Positions 53,396-64,000 of a DNA stretch of 64,000 nucleotides are shown in pieces; position 1 is the stretch's first letter; each line of letters begins with the position of its first letter. Position numbers and translations under genes: made by a program. The notes beneath the pieces were generated by a model. It made no database searches. It was not told the DNA's origin and saw only the letters and a list, made by a program, of their open reading frames with translations. Source of the DNA: Octopus bimaculoides (taxonomy: Eukaryota); NCBI RefSeq assembly GCF_001194135.2, contig NC_068982.1:39670024-39734023 (forward strand), read 5' to 3'.

Positions 53396-54520
53396 TCATT
53401 AGTATTGTTGCAACTATGATTTATAATTGAAAGGAAATTGTAACCAACTAAATACTTTATATTTTCTGCGATCCGTTTTATGCTTCCGAATTCGATTGAT
53501 GATGACTTCAGCTTCGCTCGGTCCAGAGTTAATAAAATACATGACAGTCATATTATCACTCAAATATACTCTCCCTTATAAATATTTATATTTGTATGTG
53601 TATGAATAAAAGTAAATCTATTTTTATATGTACTTTTCTTCTAACCAGTGCTGTTTTTGACACATACTGTTCTAGACACACATTACCTGAAACAAGAGTG
53701 AGGTAATCACAGATTTGCTCTACTGAGCTGACTTACGTCTAAACTCCAAAGCAATAACTTCAGGTATATTTCTGAGGATATTACTGTCGTAGATGCGCAT
53801 TACACTAGAGGAGATTGGGATGATCATGTTTGGAACGATTATGATCTGACCTAGGACTAAACTACAAAACAATATCTACGACTCTCCGCCTCTCAACATA
53901 TTTATTATGTCTCACTTCAATCGTCCCTGCCTAGTACTTTAATCTAAAGAACTTCTTAATTTTCCTTGTCTTTTGAGGTTCAAGTTAAAACCCAAATGCT
54001 TCGGCAACATTTGCTGCTTGATACAAAGGAAATAGCACAAGATCCTCTAAAAATTATGCCTGCGATGATAGGTGATACTTTTATACCGAACTGATCATCT
54101 TAATGTTTCACAGTAGAAACTTATGAGCTAAATTTCAGATTCAAACGATGCTTTGAGATTTAGGTTGAGTTATAAATTGCATCGTGCTTGGACAGGGGAT
54201 CTAAAGACGAAATAGCAGTTTACTAGTATAAATAACTTGAATACTTAATTTTATAAATTTGATTTCAAGCACTTCCATATTTCCGGTAGACTTTGGAGAT
54301 GTGCTGCTATAAGCAGTTAAGAGAAATTAATATTATACGTATGAATGTACAATGAGCAAACCATATTATTCTCAATTGACTAAATTTCACATCACTTATA
54401 TTACTCACCTCTTTTATAACATGTACGAATGACACAATATTTTCTTTAACCCTTTCACTCAAGTACAGTAGATTTGTGGCTTTTCAAAAAGTTTTTAATT
54501 TCGATGTTTTGAACGATGTT

Positions 54521-54740
54521 AAGGCGGTGGTCTAGCAGAATCGTTACCACGCCGAGCAAAATGCTAAACATCGTTTTGTCCGTCTCTACGGTCTGTGTTC
54601 AAATTCTGTCGAAGTTGACTTTTCTTTTCATCCTTTCAGAGGTCAATAAAATAAGTATCAGTTGAATACTGAGATCAATGTAATCAACTTATCCTCTCCC
54701 CAGACGGCTGGCCTTGTGCCAAAATTTGAAGCCAATATTT
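54521..54740 (+). mobile_element. SINE family B
   Basis: aaggcggtggtctagcagaatcgtta...gttcaaattctgtcgaagttgacttttc; imperfect TSD-like ttgaacgatgtt / tggaacgacgtt. Confidence 0.75.
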
Positions 54741-55516
54741 GGAACGACGTTCTGTTGGCGCATTAGCATAATGTTTAGATTAATACTCAATATGCGCTGG
54801 TTCTTTACGTTCTGATTTTCAATACCATCGGGGGATAACTTTGTTATTCATTTTCGAGAGGTCGAAAGACTAAGTATCAGGTAGCGGAGTCAGTGTAATT
54901 CATTGTTCCCTTTCCGAAATCTGAGGCTGTTACAAATAAAAATTATGAGTACTAGCTCATTATATCTAGATGTAAACTCTTGGGTGATTCAAGATTGAGA
55001 ATTTCGTTTGTTTACTTAGTATACCTAAACCTATGTTCCATTTAGTCTATGCAAAACAAATCAATATGATGTACTCCTTTAAAGACCGATTTGATCATAA
55101 TATAAGTGGTAAGAAAAATGTAATAAATCGGCTTTTGTATCTTGTACAGCAATCTTTATTTTCTGTAGGAAAATGAATTTATCATATTACGAAGTTATAT
55201 TATAATATCAAGCATTCACATTTTTATATAACTTACATGGTACATAGCTCTTGAGATATAAGTTGGAGTCTTCTAGATTATTCATCTTATATTTAGTATT
55301 TGTATTTCATTAACGATCGATATATATTTTTATATTCTCCCTGTCTTCCAATATTGTTAAATTATTTTATTTTTGGTCTTCATATCAATGTAATATTATC
55401 CAATATTTCATCATTCGCTGACATGTTATTTTCCAAATGATTGAATGAAGACAACTGTTGATGTTCCTATGTTTCTTTGGATAATTGAATACGTCTTTTT
55501 TTTATTTATTTTGTAG

Positions 55517-55566
55517 CTAACGTAGTACACTACCCGTCCTTTATCCAACTCTTTTCATACTTATGA
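55517..55566 (+). CDS. Candidate alternative terminal exon (A)NVVHYPSFIQLFSYL*
   Basis: Very strong acceptor cgtctttttttatttattttgtag|; phase 1. Confidence 0.28.
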
Positions 55567-55789
55567 TAATTACAATATATATTAAATTATGTACAGAAAT
55601 ATATCATTCTAACATCTAAACACTTAACGCACTTATTCATAACGAATGAGTGGTGTTGTTGGACTTCCGCAGAAGATTTTATTGTCAATTTCTTTCCTTA
55701 ACCTTTCCTATTTCTACGGCAAGTGTATGGGTAAGATATAAATCCATCAAGTCTATTCTTATCAGCCTTTTCAAATAGTGATATTGTAT

Positions 55790-55822
<33 letters not shown>

Positions 55823-55827
55823 CATAC

Positions 55828-55859
<32 letters not shown>

Positions 55860-55974
55860 GTGTATGTATGTATGTATGCATGTATGCATGTATGTATATA
55901 TATGTATGCATATACATAAGAGCGTTGTAGTATGTGTATGCATGTATGTATGTATGTATGTATTTATGTATATG

Positions 55975-56052
55975 CACACATTTTAATGCAGTGTATGGCA
56001 GAGGGTTTGCAAATCTAACAGACATTTTAAGATCCACAAAGATCAAAACTTA
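55975..56052 (+). pseudogene. Decayed C2H2 finger immediately upstream of the intact finger
   Basis: cac aca ttt TAA tgc agt gta t-- ggc aga ggg ttt gca aat cta aca gac [at] ttt aag atc cac reconstructs to HTF(K)CSVCGRGFANLTDFKIH with exact C-x2-C-x12-H spacing after one nonsense change and two compensating 2-nt indels. Confidence 0.4.
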
Positions 56053-56059
56053 ACTGCAG

Positions 56060-56163
56060 CTGTTGCTGGTCCAAATCACATATGTAATATATGTGGGTGT
56101 CTTTTCAAAACATTCTCCGATTTAAAACGGCACATCAGGTGCCATGATGGATCTAAGGTATAA
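56060..56163 (+). CDS. Single C2H2 zinc-finger exon (A)VAGPNHICNICGCLFKTFSDLKRHIRCHDGSKV*
   Basis: Perfect C-x2-C-x3-F-x5-L-x2-H-x3-H; preceded by cttaactgcag| (phase 1, compatible with the 811 donor; short pyrimidine tract); ends GTA TAA, or possibly a weak donor AAG|GTATAA at 56158. Confidence 0.7.
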
Positions 56164-56489
56164 GTACAAGATGTAGTTAGACTCTGCATGAGAACTGAAC
56201 AACCACCACCAACATGTATGTATGTATAAGTTTTAGCAAAAATAGTCGAAAGAAGAATGCTTTATAAGAATTCGAAAGCCGAAAATTAACCTGAAGTAGT
56301 TGATGCCATTACTAAAATCAACTTCCGCTAAATGGATTACATGGAAATACGCATATTCGAAGAGTTGCACAGCGAAAGCGCTTGCACAGAATATAAAAAT
56401 GTCATTCAAAATTATTCATATAATTTTTTTTTAGATAATATTTTTCAAAGAAAATCTTTATGCATTTACACACACACATGCTCGCGTGG

Positions 56490-56520
<31 letters not shown>

Positions 56521-56522
56521 CG

Positions 56523-56615
<93 letters not shown>

Positions 56616-57372
56616 GTGCAAATTAAAAGGTAATAGTCTTCACAAACGTGTTTGCGTGTGATGTCAGTATATTCGATACCTTATTTGAGACGATGAACGT
56701 GGGAAACAATTTCAATAGAGCCCTGATGGTACGATGTCGAAGTTTCACTACAATGTTACAGTATTTAACACGTCTGTAAATGTATGCTTTCCAATACGAA
56801 TAGTAAAATTTTCTAAAAATTTAAAACATTTCGCCATGTGATCTTTTCTCAGTTAATTATTATCGAAGAAATGTGATGTTAGTAAACTTCATAGTGTTAT
56901 AGTTATCAACAATCACCAGACTATTTGTTTCAGGATATTTGAAGAAGCTCTAAATTTAGTTTTGATATCATCGAACAATGGAAAACATTTTCATTGCCAA
57001 GAGTAAACTAATTATTCAGTTCTCATCCGCAGAGCACTTGATGTACTACAAAATTATTCGTTGACATAAAATATTTTTACAATGCCTTGAAATTCTTAAA
57101 ACTCCTATTGCTCAAATTTTTAACTGATTACAAATTGTGATGTACTTGTACGCTGTTTCATTCATATAAACACTAGATAAACATGTCTTAGTATCATAAG
57201 CAGCAAGCAATAAGCAATTGTGTGGAATGGAAACCACCTAGAAAATTGTATCTCTTTGAAAGAAGCAAGATGGTGGCAGTGACAGCAATGGAGTTGATAA
57301 GTAAAAGAGAGAAGCATAGATAATTAAGATCTCTTTCCCACAAAAGGTTTGTCTTTTTATCAATATTTCATT

Positions 57373-57575
57373 AAGACAGCGAGAATTGTTAGCAGGCCGA
57401 ACAAAATGCTTAGAGGCATTTCCCCGTCTTTACGTTCTGAGTCCAAATTCTGCTGAAGTTGACTTTGCTTTTCATCATTTCGGGTCGATAAAATAAGTAC
57501 TGTTGAGCACTGGGGAGGATGTAATTGACTTAGCCTCTCCCACGAAATTACTGGCATTGTGTCAAAATATGAAAT
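57373..57575 (+). mobile_element. SINE family B
   Basis: gttagcaggccgaacaaaatgcttag...gagtccaaattctgctgaagttgactttgcttttcatc. Confidence 0.75.
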
Positions 57576-58620
57576 CTTTCGTTGCTCACTCAATTCGTTC
57601 GCGTATAGATTTGCAAAAGTTGTACTTTATATTACAGATATTTACTAGAGAAAAGAAGAAAATAATATTAGGAAGAAGTGTAGAACTGTTGTCATGACAC
57701 ATTAATCCAAGTTAAGAAATATTTCACGATTCACTACTATTTAGCTATTGAATCTTAAAAGCAACAAGTTTGAATAGCTTAACCAAAAGCAATATCACTG
57801 TGAATAGGAAGTATATAAATCCATTAAAATAGTGTTAATATGAATGTGTATTTCTCGATACAGTAAATTTCGAGAAGGAATGGAGCTCCCACACAAAACA
57901 AAGGAGAGGGCGCTTGCAACAGAGATTTATCTATAGAGTACTCGCGAAAAATATCTGTTATCTCCCAATAATTACATTAGAAGTGTATAGAACTCAAAGA
58001 TGGGCAGCATTTCCAAAATAGTTTTTGCACTTTCTACATCGATTTTCATAGAAAATAAGTCAATCACTAGCGGCAGTATCACAGTAAAGCTATTATTTAC
58101 AGGGAAACAAATTTGTTAGTCTGTATGAATTTTATGGTTCTGAGAAGAAATATTTGTGCACTTTGTCCCCTCATAGTAACCGAGATATCGTTGTATTTAG
58201 ATGAAAAAGTTAAATTACTTTATGTGTAAGTGTGAATTTTTACAATGTGTAGTTTCTCTCGCCGAAGAGTTGATTGTCTAGCAAGAATCTAAATATTAAG
58301 TATACTCTTCGGAACTATTTAACATGCTAAGGATGTGTGAGCTGTAAATCATTCCAAAAACAAACTGCATCAGAAAAGTGGTTTATGATTATAGGTACAT
58401 TAGTTATTTTAATATACATAACAACATATATTGAAATACTGACTGCTGTGTTAAAATAAATTTTCTTTTATTTTCATGAGTTAACACTTTGCTTTAACGA
58501 TTTGTCAAATGTTTATGATACTTATTGACGGAGAACGTAGAATATTCGTATACCTGGTGCTTTGTATACGTATGTATGTATGTATGTATGTATGTATATA
58601 TGTATGTATGCATGTGTGTG

Positions 58621-58669
<49 letters not shown>

Positions 58670-59403
58670 GTACATATTATATTTGTGTTTGTGTGTCTAT
58701 AAACACACACATACGCAGACATATATATGTATGTGTATATGGGCGTGTATTTCAATTCAAATATTTACGTATTAATGCATACAAATCATTACCTCAATTT
58801 TAACGCTTTATTTTTCGAATTCCACTTAGATGTTTTCCCTGATTTTGTCAAACTTATTTTAGCATTGAAAATCTATTTTTAATGTAATCTGTTTTTCTTT
58901 GGCATTCACATTTCACTAAAGCCTCTTCCTTCATCCAGATATATTTGAATTTAGGTTGAAAATATCGCTAACATTCTGCATTGAGGTCTGAAATATACTA
59001 TTCGCAACGGTAATTTCAATATTGAAATTACATAACGCTGCCAAGTATTCATTATATTGAAAGAGATGATAAGTAAATAAGACACGGCTTGTCAAATTCG
59101 ATATACATGTATGTATATATACGTAAACATACACAATACGTGTATTTAAAGACTTACATAGAGGGACGCATATATGTGTTGTTGTTTGTGTGTGTACATT
59201 TATGTATATTTCGCAGAAAACGTTTTCCGATTTAAATCGGTTGTACTCAACGCTTTATAAATGAGATAGTAAACCTAATAAATTTGACACGGACAGTCTA
59301 GGTTTCGAGAAAGAAATCTAATTGGGGTGCTGATTATCAATGGGTAATAAGTTAATTGTACCCTTAATAGTCAGTTTCAGTCAGGATTTTGAATTTTTGC
59401 AAG

Positions 59404-59582
59404 AAAAGTTTTGTTCTTATGTTCGACATATAGGCAACATTGCAACCAGCATTATAGATCTTAACCGGAAGCAAAAATATACATGTGCACAGCCTTTTTA
59501 CCAACCCGCCCGAATAGAAATACCGAAATCAATCTATTTACTTCCCGAGTCTTCAGTTTCCAAGACAGCCGTTTCAACGTAA
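59404..59582 (+). CDS. Candidate alternative terminal exon (E)KFCSYVRHIGNIATSIIDLNRKQKYTCAQPFYQPARIEIPKSIYLLPESSVSKTAVST*
   Basis: Acceptor ttttgaatttttgcaag|; phase-1 frame open 59 codons. Confidence 0.25.
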
Positions 59583-60496
59583 ACCGACCGTTGCTCTATT
59601 TGAAAACAGCATGAAAATGTACACGGCGTTCATTGCCAAGAACTTGAAGGGAATGTTCGCTCAGTATTTGAATTTATACAGAACCAGAGGCAAGAAAACT
59701 CAACACCGCTATCCCACTTTATCTGAAGACTTTTGGACTAGTAAAGTGTCCAATCATTATAATCTGGAATATACTTAGAAAGGTCATTCGTTATTTATCC
59801 GAAATTTCTAACTGCCCTATTCTCCCTCTGAGAAAATACCTAAACCAAAATTCCTTAACAACAAGAAAACACAGCTTTCGGGCTGTTGTTATCAATGTAA
59901 GAAACTATTAGCTAATTTAAAGCCGTTAGAACTTCTAGTGAAATCAAACGAGACTACTGATATATATTGCATTGGAGTTACCGCTTTTTCAACACATTAT
60001 AACACCTAGCAGTCACCCAAATGCCTCGAAGTTCTATAGGGTGGATGATACCTTCTTTGTTTTCTGAAATATCACATGGTGCATGTAAATTACGTGTTGA
60101 GTAATAATAGCCTACTTTTGGCTACAGAAACCTGATCTTCGAAGTTATCTTTCCACATGTTGTTGACACTCGCGTTCTACTGTATAAGTTCCGTATCGTC
60201 TTTAGCTCTCAGTGATGTTGGAATCATTATATTAACACCATAAATTATTCTAATGAGGCTGAAGAAATTTCTCATGTCATGCATTGTGATATTTTCCTCT
60301 ATTTCCAGTACTAAACAGATTTATATGATATACCAATTAATTTCCATTTTTCAAGTGTTTTTATCAGTTATGAATTACTTTCCATTGCACGAGTACTTTT
60401 TCCTGGATTGGAGCCATTGCTTATTGGCAGGCTTTCATTTTGCGCTCATTAATATAGTCATTTTCGTAGACATGTAAAACTTTTCCCTTTCTCTAG

Positions 60497-60576
60497 CAGC
60501 TGCGAAATTTAGGTGTTATTCTCATCTAAATACATCTATTGTTATTTTACTCTTTTTAGACAAGTTGGCCTCTTGA
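60497..60576 (+). CDS. Candidate alternative terminal exon (A)AAKFRCYSHLNTSIVILLFLDKLAS*
   Basis: Acceptor aacttttccctttctctag|; phase 1. Confidence 0.27.
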
Positions 60577-61257
60577 ATGCATCATGTGTAATCAATGGTG
60601 TCCATACTAATCCATACTAATGGATTGCTGCTTCTTACCTGCGAATATCTTCAGTACCTCTGCTTTTGTTGAGCCATAGTGAAAATAACTTGTTTTTTCT
60701 TCGATGACATTTCTAAGTATAACACTGCTTTTTAGTTAAACTGTCACGAGAGGTCATAATAGTTGCTAGTCTCTCCAGCATTGTACTCCTATTATGGTCT
60801 ATTTTTGATGAACAACCTTGATATATTAAAAATATACATTTGATTTGATTCCAGAATTTGTCAGGAACACTTGCATTTGTTGCAGTAGCATATTGATGAT
60901 TGTTGCTTATATTCTTTGCATATAATTAGAAACAAAAATCTCCACACTCAGCATGTTCTACAATTTTTCGTCCCATTTGAGACGTTCCAGGTGTTCAAAT
61001 ATTTGTTAGATTATTCAGTAAGGTAATTGAATATTCAATTCTCAGGAGCGAGCAATCTAATTTCACGTAAATTCCTCTGAGTCAGGTGTAATCGCATACG
61101 CACTGATGTCTGTCATTTAAATGTTGAAGTCTTCAATATCTAAGCCAAGAGATACAAGTCGTACACTGATGCAAGTAGTTAGATTATAAAATCTAGCAAA
61201 CATATTCCTGTGAAATCCCTTTCAAAAGAATATTTATCCGTTACCTTTTCTTTTCAG

Positions 61258-61418
61258 CTGTCTCTGAGAAGCTAATCTCTTCTGTACAATTGTGCATTAT
61301 CGGTATTGGTTCATACACTGATGTTCAGAATGCGAAACTACTACACCGAAATTCTAAGTTTCAAATGTCTATACATGTGTGTATGCACATTTGTGTGCAC
61401 ATATATATGTGTGTGTAA
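61258..61418 (+). CDS. Candidate alternative terminal exon (A)VSEKLISSVQLCIIGIGSYTDVQNAKLLHRNSKFQMSIH...*
   Basis: Strong acceptor ttaccttttcttttcag|; phase-1 frame open 53 codons. Confidence 0.28.
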
Positions 61419-61699
61419 ATGTTTTACATGTATATATGTATGTAGGTATATATTATTGTAGGTACATATACATATATATACATACACACACACATATATA
61501 TTTATTAACATATATATATATATATATATATATACAAATATATTCATTCTTAAATATGATGTATGTATGTCTATATATAATTATATATATGTAATTAGGA
61601 ATGTATGTAAATATGTATAGATATATTTGTCTGTATGTAGATATATGTATACACACAGATACATGTAACACACAAACACATATATATACATGCATTATT

Positions 61700-63100
61700 C
61701 AATTTTTTTTCTCCGTATTTTTCTCCTTGTCTCCGTATTCTTTCTGTTGAAGAGCGTAGCTCGAAACGTCAAAGACTTTCCGTATTCCCGAGCGTCATAC
61801 TAATATATACTTTTGTTATTTACACCACCTGTCCTCGTCTGTTGTTATTTTTTGTATATTCTCCCATANNNNNNNNNNNNNNNNNNNNNNNNNNNNNNNN
61901 NNNNNNNNNNNNNNNNNNNNNNNNNNNNNNNNNNNNNNNNNNNNNNNNNNNNNNNNNNNNNNNNNNNNNNNNNNNNNNNNNNNNNNNNNNNNNNNNNNNN
62001 NNNNNNNNNNNNNNNNNNNNNNNNNNNNNNNNNNNNNNNNNNNNNNNNNNNNNNNNNNNNNNNNNNNNNNNNNNNNNNNNNNNNNNNNNNNNNNNNNNNN
62101 NNNNNNNNNNNNNNNNNNNNNNNNNNNNNNNNNNNNNNNNNNNNNNNNNNNNNNNNNNNNNNNNNNNNNNNNNNNNNNNNNNNNNNNNNNNNNNNNNNNN
62201 NNNNNNNNNNNNNNNNNNNNNNNNNNNNNNNNNNNNNNNNTGTCTGTATGTAGATATATGTATACACACAGATACATGTAACACACAAACACATATATAT
62301 ACATGTCTAATGCAAACATATGTACACATGTTTTTATTCTACTACTCATACTATTACCAGTCCGTCCATCCTAATTCCTTTCTCTACCCTATCATTTAGA
62401 CTCCATCACTGCAATTGACACTCCTTAAAGCTTTATATCTCTTTCTCCATACCCCACCCCATTCCTCCAATCTTTCTACACTCTAATATCCTTCTCTCTC
62501 TTTCACCTTTATCCTCCCGTTTGTACCTTCTTATTATATTCACTGACCATTATGGTACACATTCCCTTATCTCTGTTTTTGTATTCCTTCTGCCTTGCTT
62601 TTCTTTATTCCTTTTATAATTTTCTTCTATCTTTTTATTCTATTTTCCCCCCTTTTTTTTCTTTTCTCTTCCTTTATTCCCCTCTTCCTTTTTTCGATTT
62701 GATCCTACTAATATATCCTCTGCTTTTACGTCGTTTTAAACAGAATCCTTGATTCAATAACACTGTGTATAAAACTCTGTATTTTGAATAACCAATTTCA
62801 AAGACTGTTGGATTTTACTCATAGTGAATTGGAATCTTAATAATGGATTTACAAACGCAATGACCAATCTTAAAGACTATTGGATTTTACTCACAGGGTA
62901 ATCTTATATGTATACCATTCGGCCTAAAGAATGAATTTACAAATACAATATCCCTACATTCACTCTCTATTTCTTATCTTATGTAAACTAACTATTGCTT
63001 AACCATCCTCTCACACCGTCTCCGATGAAGGGATATAATAAATATCCTGGAAACAGCTGTGAGACCTTCTATTTATAAATGTTCTATGTTATACACAGTT
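61700..63100 (+). mobile_element. Penelope-like terminal (pLTR/tail) remnants with hammerhead-like cores
   Basis: tgaagag...cgaaacgtc at 61748-61770 and cgatgaagg...gaaacagctgt at 63023-63059, with a pyrimidine-rich tail between them. Confidence 0.4.
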
Positions 63101-63303
63101 TTTTTTTTTTTTATGTCATTACGAAAAGTAAATCCTTATATTCACACACTGATATATGACCTACGTTGGACCCCTTATTCACATAAATCACCGAAGCTGG
63201 AACTTAACTATGGTCTATCCACAGCACTTACTCAGCATTACCTGAAACCTCTGGTTCTAATTGACACCACTTTCGCTCATAACCTACATATATATATACA
63301 CAC

Positions 63304-63353
<50 letters not shown>

Positions 63354-63719
63354 ATATGTTTATCTGTTCATGCACATATATCATATGTATGCATAGATAT
63401 ACAAACATGCTATACATAAATTAATATGACAGTATAACTTAATAAAATTTCCGAGAAGCATAACGAGTCGCTTCGTGATGTGACAGTTACGTAATTCACC
63501 CTTCAGATGTGAACTAACTTTCCAACCACTTTTACTGGAGTAGAATTAGCAGACGTTCGAGTGTTTGTAGATTGATAGATACATCTAAATCAATTAACGG
63601 AAGGTACTCAAATACTATTCACCTGTGTGTAGCAGCTGTAGCTTTTTAGTCAAATTTTGGCTTCTATGTATATATTAGCAATTGATGGTTCAAAACTACC
63701 ACGCATGTATAATTTATCC

Positions 63720-63928
63720 TTTCTACTACTGGCACAAGGCCTGAATTTTTGTGGGGGAAGGGGTCAGTCAATGAGATTGACCTCAGTAGTGGTACTTAAT
63801 TTATCGATCCTGAAAGAATGAAAGGCAAAGTCGACCTCCGTGGAATTTGAACTTAGATCGTAGCGACGGGCGATATACTGCTAAGCATTTCGTCTAGCGT
63901 GCTAACGATTCTGCCAGCTCGCCGCCTT
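63720..63928 (-). mobile_element. SINE family B
   Basis: Reverse complement begins aaggcggcgagctggcagaatcgttagcacgc...gttcaaattccacggaggtcgactttgcctttc. Confidence 0.85.
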
Positions 63929-64000
63929 GGCATGTATAAATTATAGTACCTACAAGTGGTAGTGGGAGAACAAATACAGACACACAAGCATATATATATA

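Noticed and set aside
5017-63928. tRNA genes
   Set aside because: All tRNA-like A/B-box segments continue into repeated SINE bodies and lack a full cloverleaf acceptor stem.

Overview
AT-rich (roughly 65-70% AT by eye) eukaryotic scaffold with many N gaps and very dense CA/TA/GA/AAT/TATG microsatellites. The SINE families and microsatellite load resemble an octopus (coleoid cephalopod) genome; this is an inference from repeat content. Most recognisable sequence is transposon debris: three abundant tRNA-derived SINE families, mariner fragments, Tx1/L1, R4/Dong-like and Penelope-like retroelements, and four MITE/fold-back inverted repeats. Host-gene signal lies on the + strand. It comprises a coding exon at 736-811 (AVGNSVYDSDDCGYITNQAEEEWTN, phase-1 donor G|GTAAGA), a matching phase-1 last exon at 1121-1167, and an intact single C2H2 zinc-finger exon at 56060-56163 that is also phase 1 and ends in a stop. 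Between and beyond these lie dozens of polypyrimidine-AG acceptors, often clustered, each followed by a short phase-1 reading frame and stop. Main hypothesis (unproven; needs RNA-seq): one constant exon splices to a >60 kb array of alternative terminal exons, similar to Drosophila lola/mod(mdg4). Second highlight: a minimal hammerhead ribozyme inside a tRNA-headed SINE (51027-51072), plus several variant hammerhead cores in Penelope-like tails. Most ORFs in the supplied track are microsatellite or gap artefacts.
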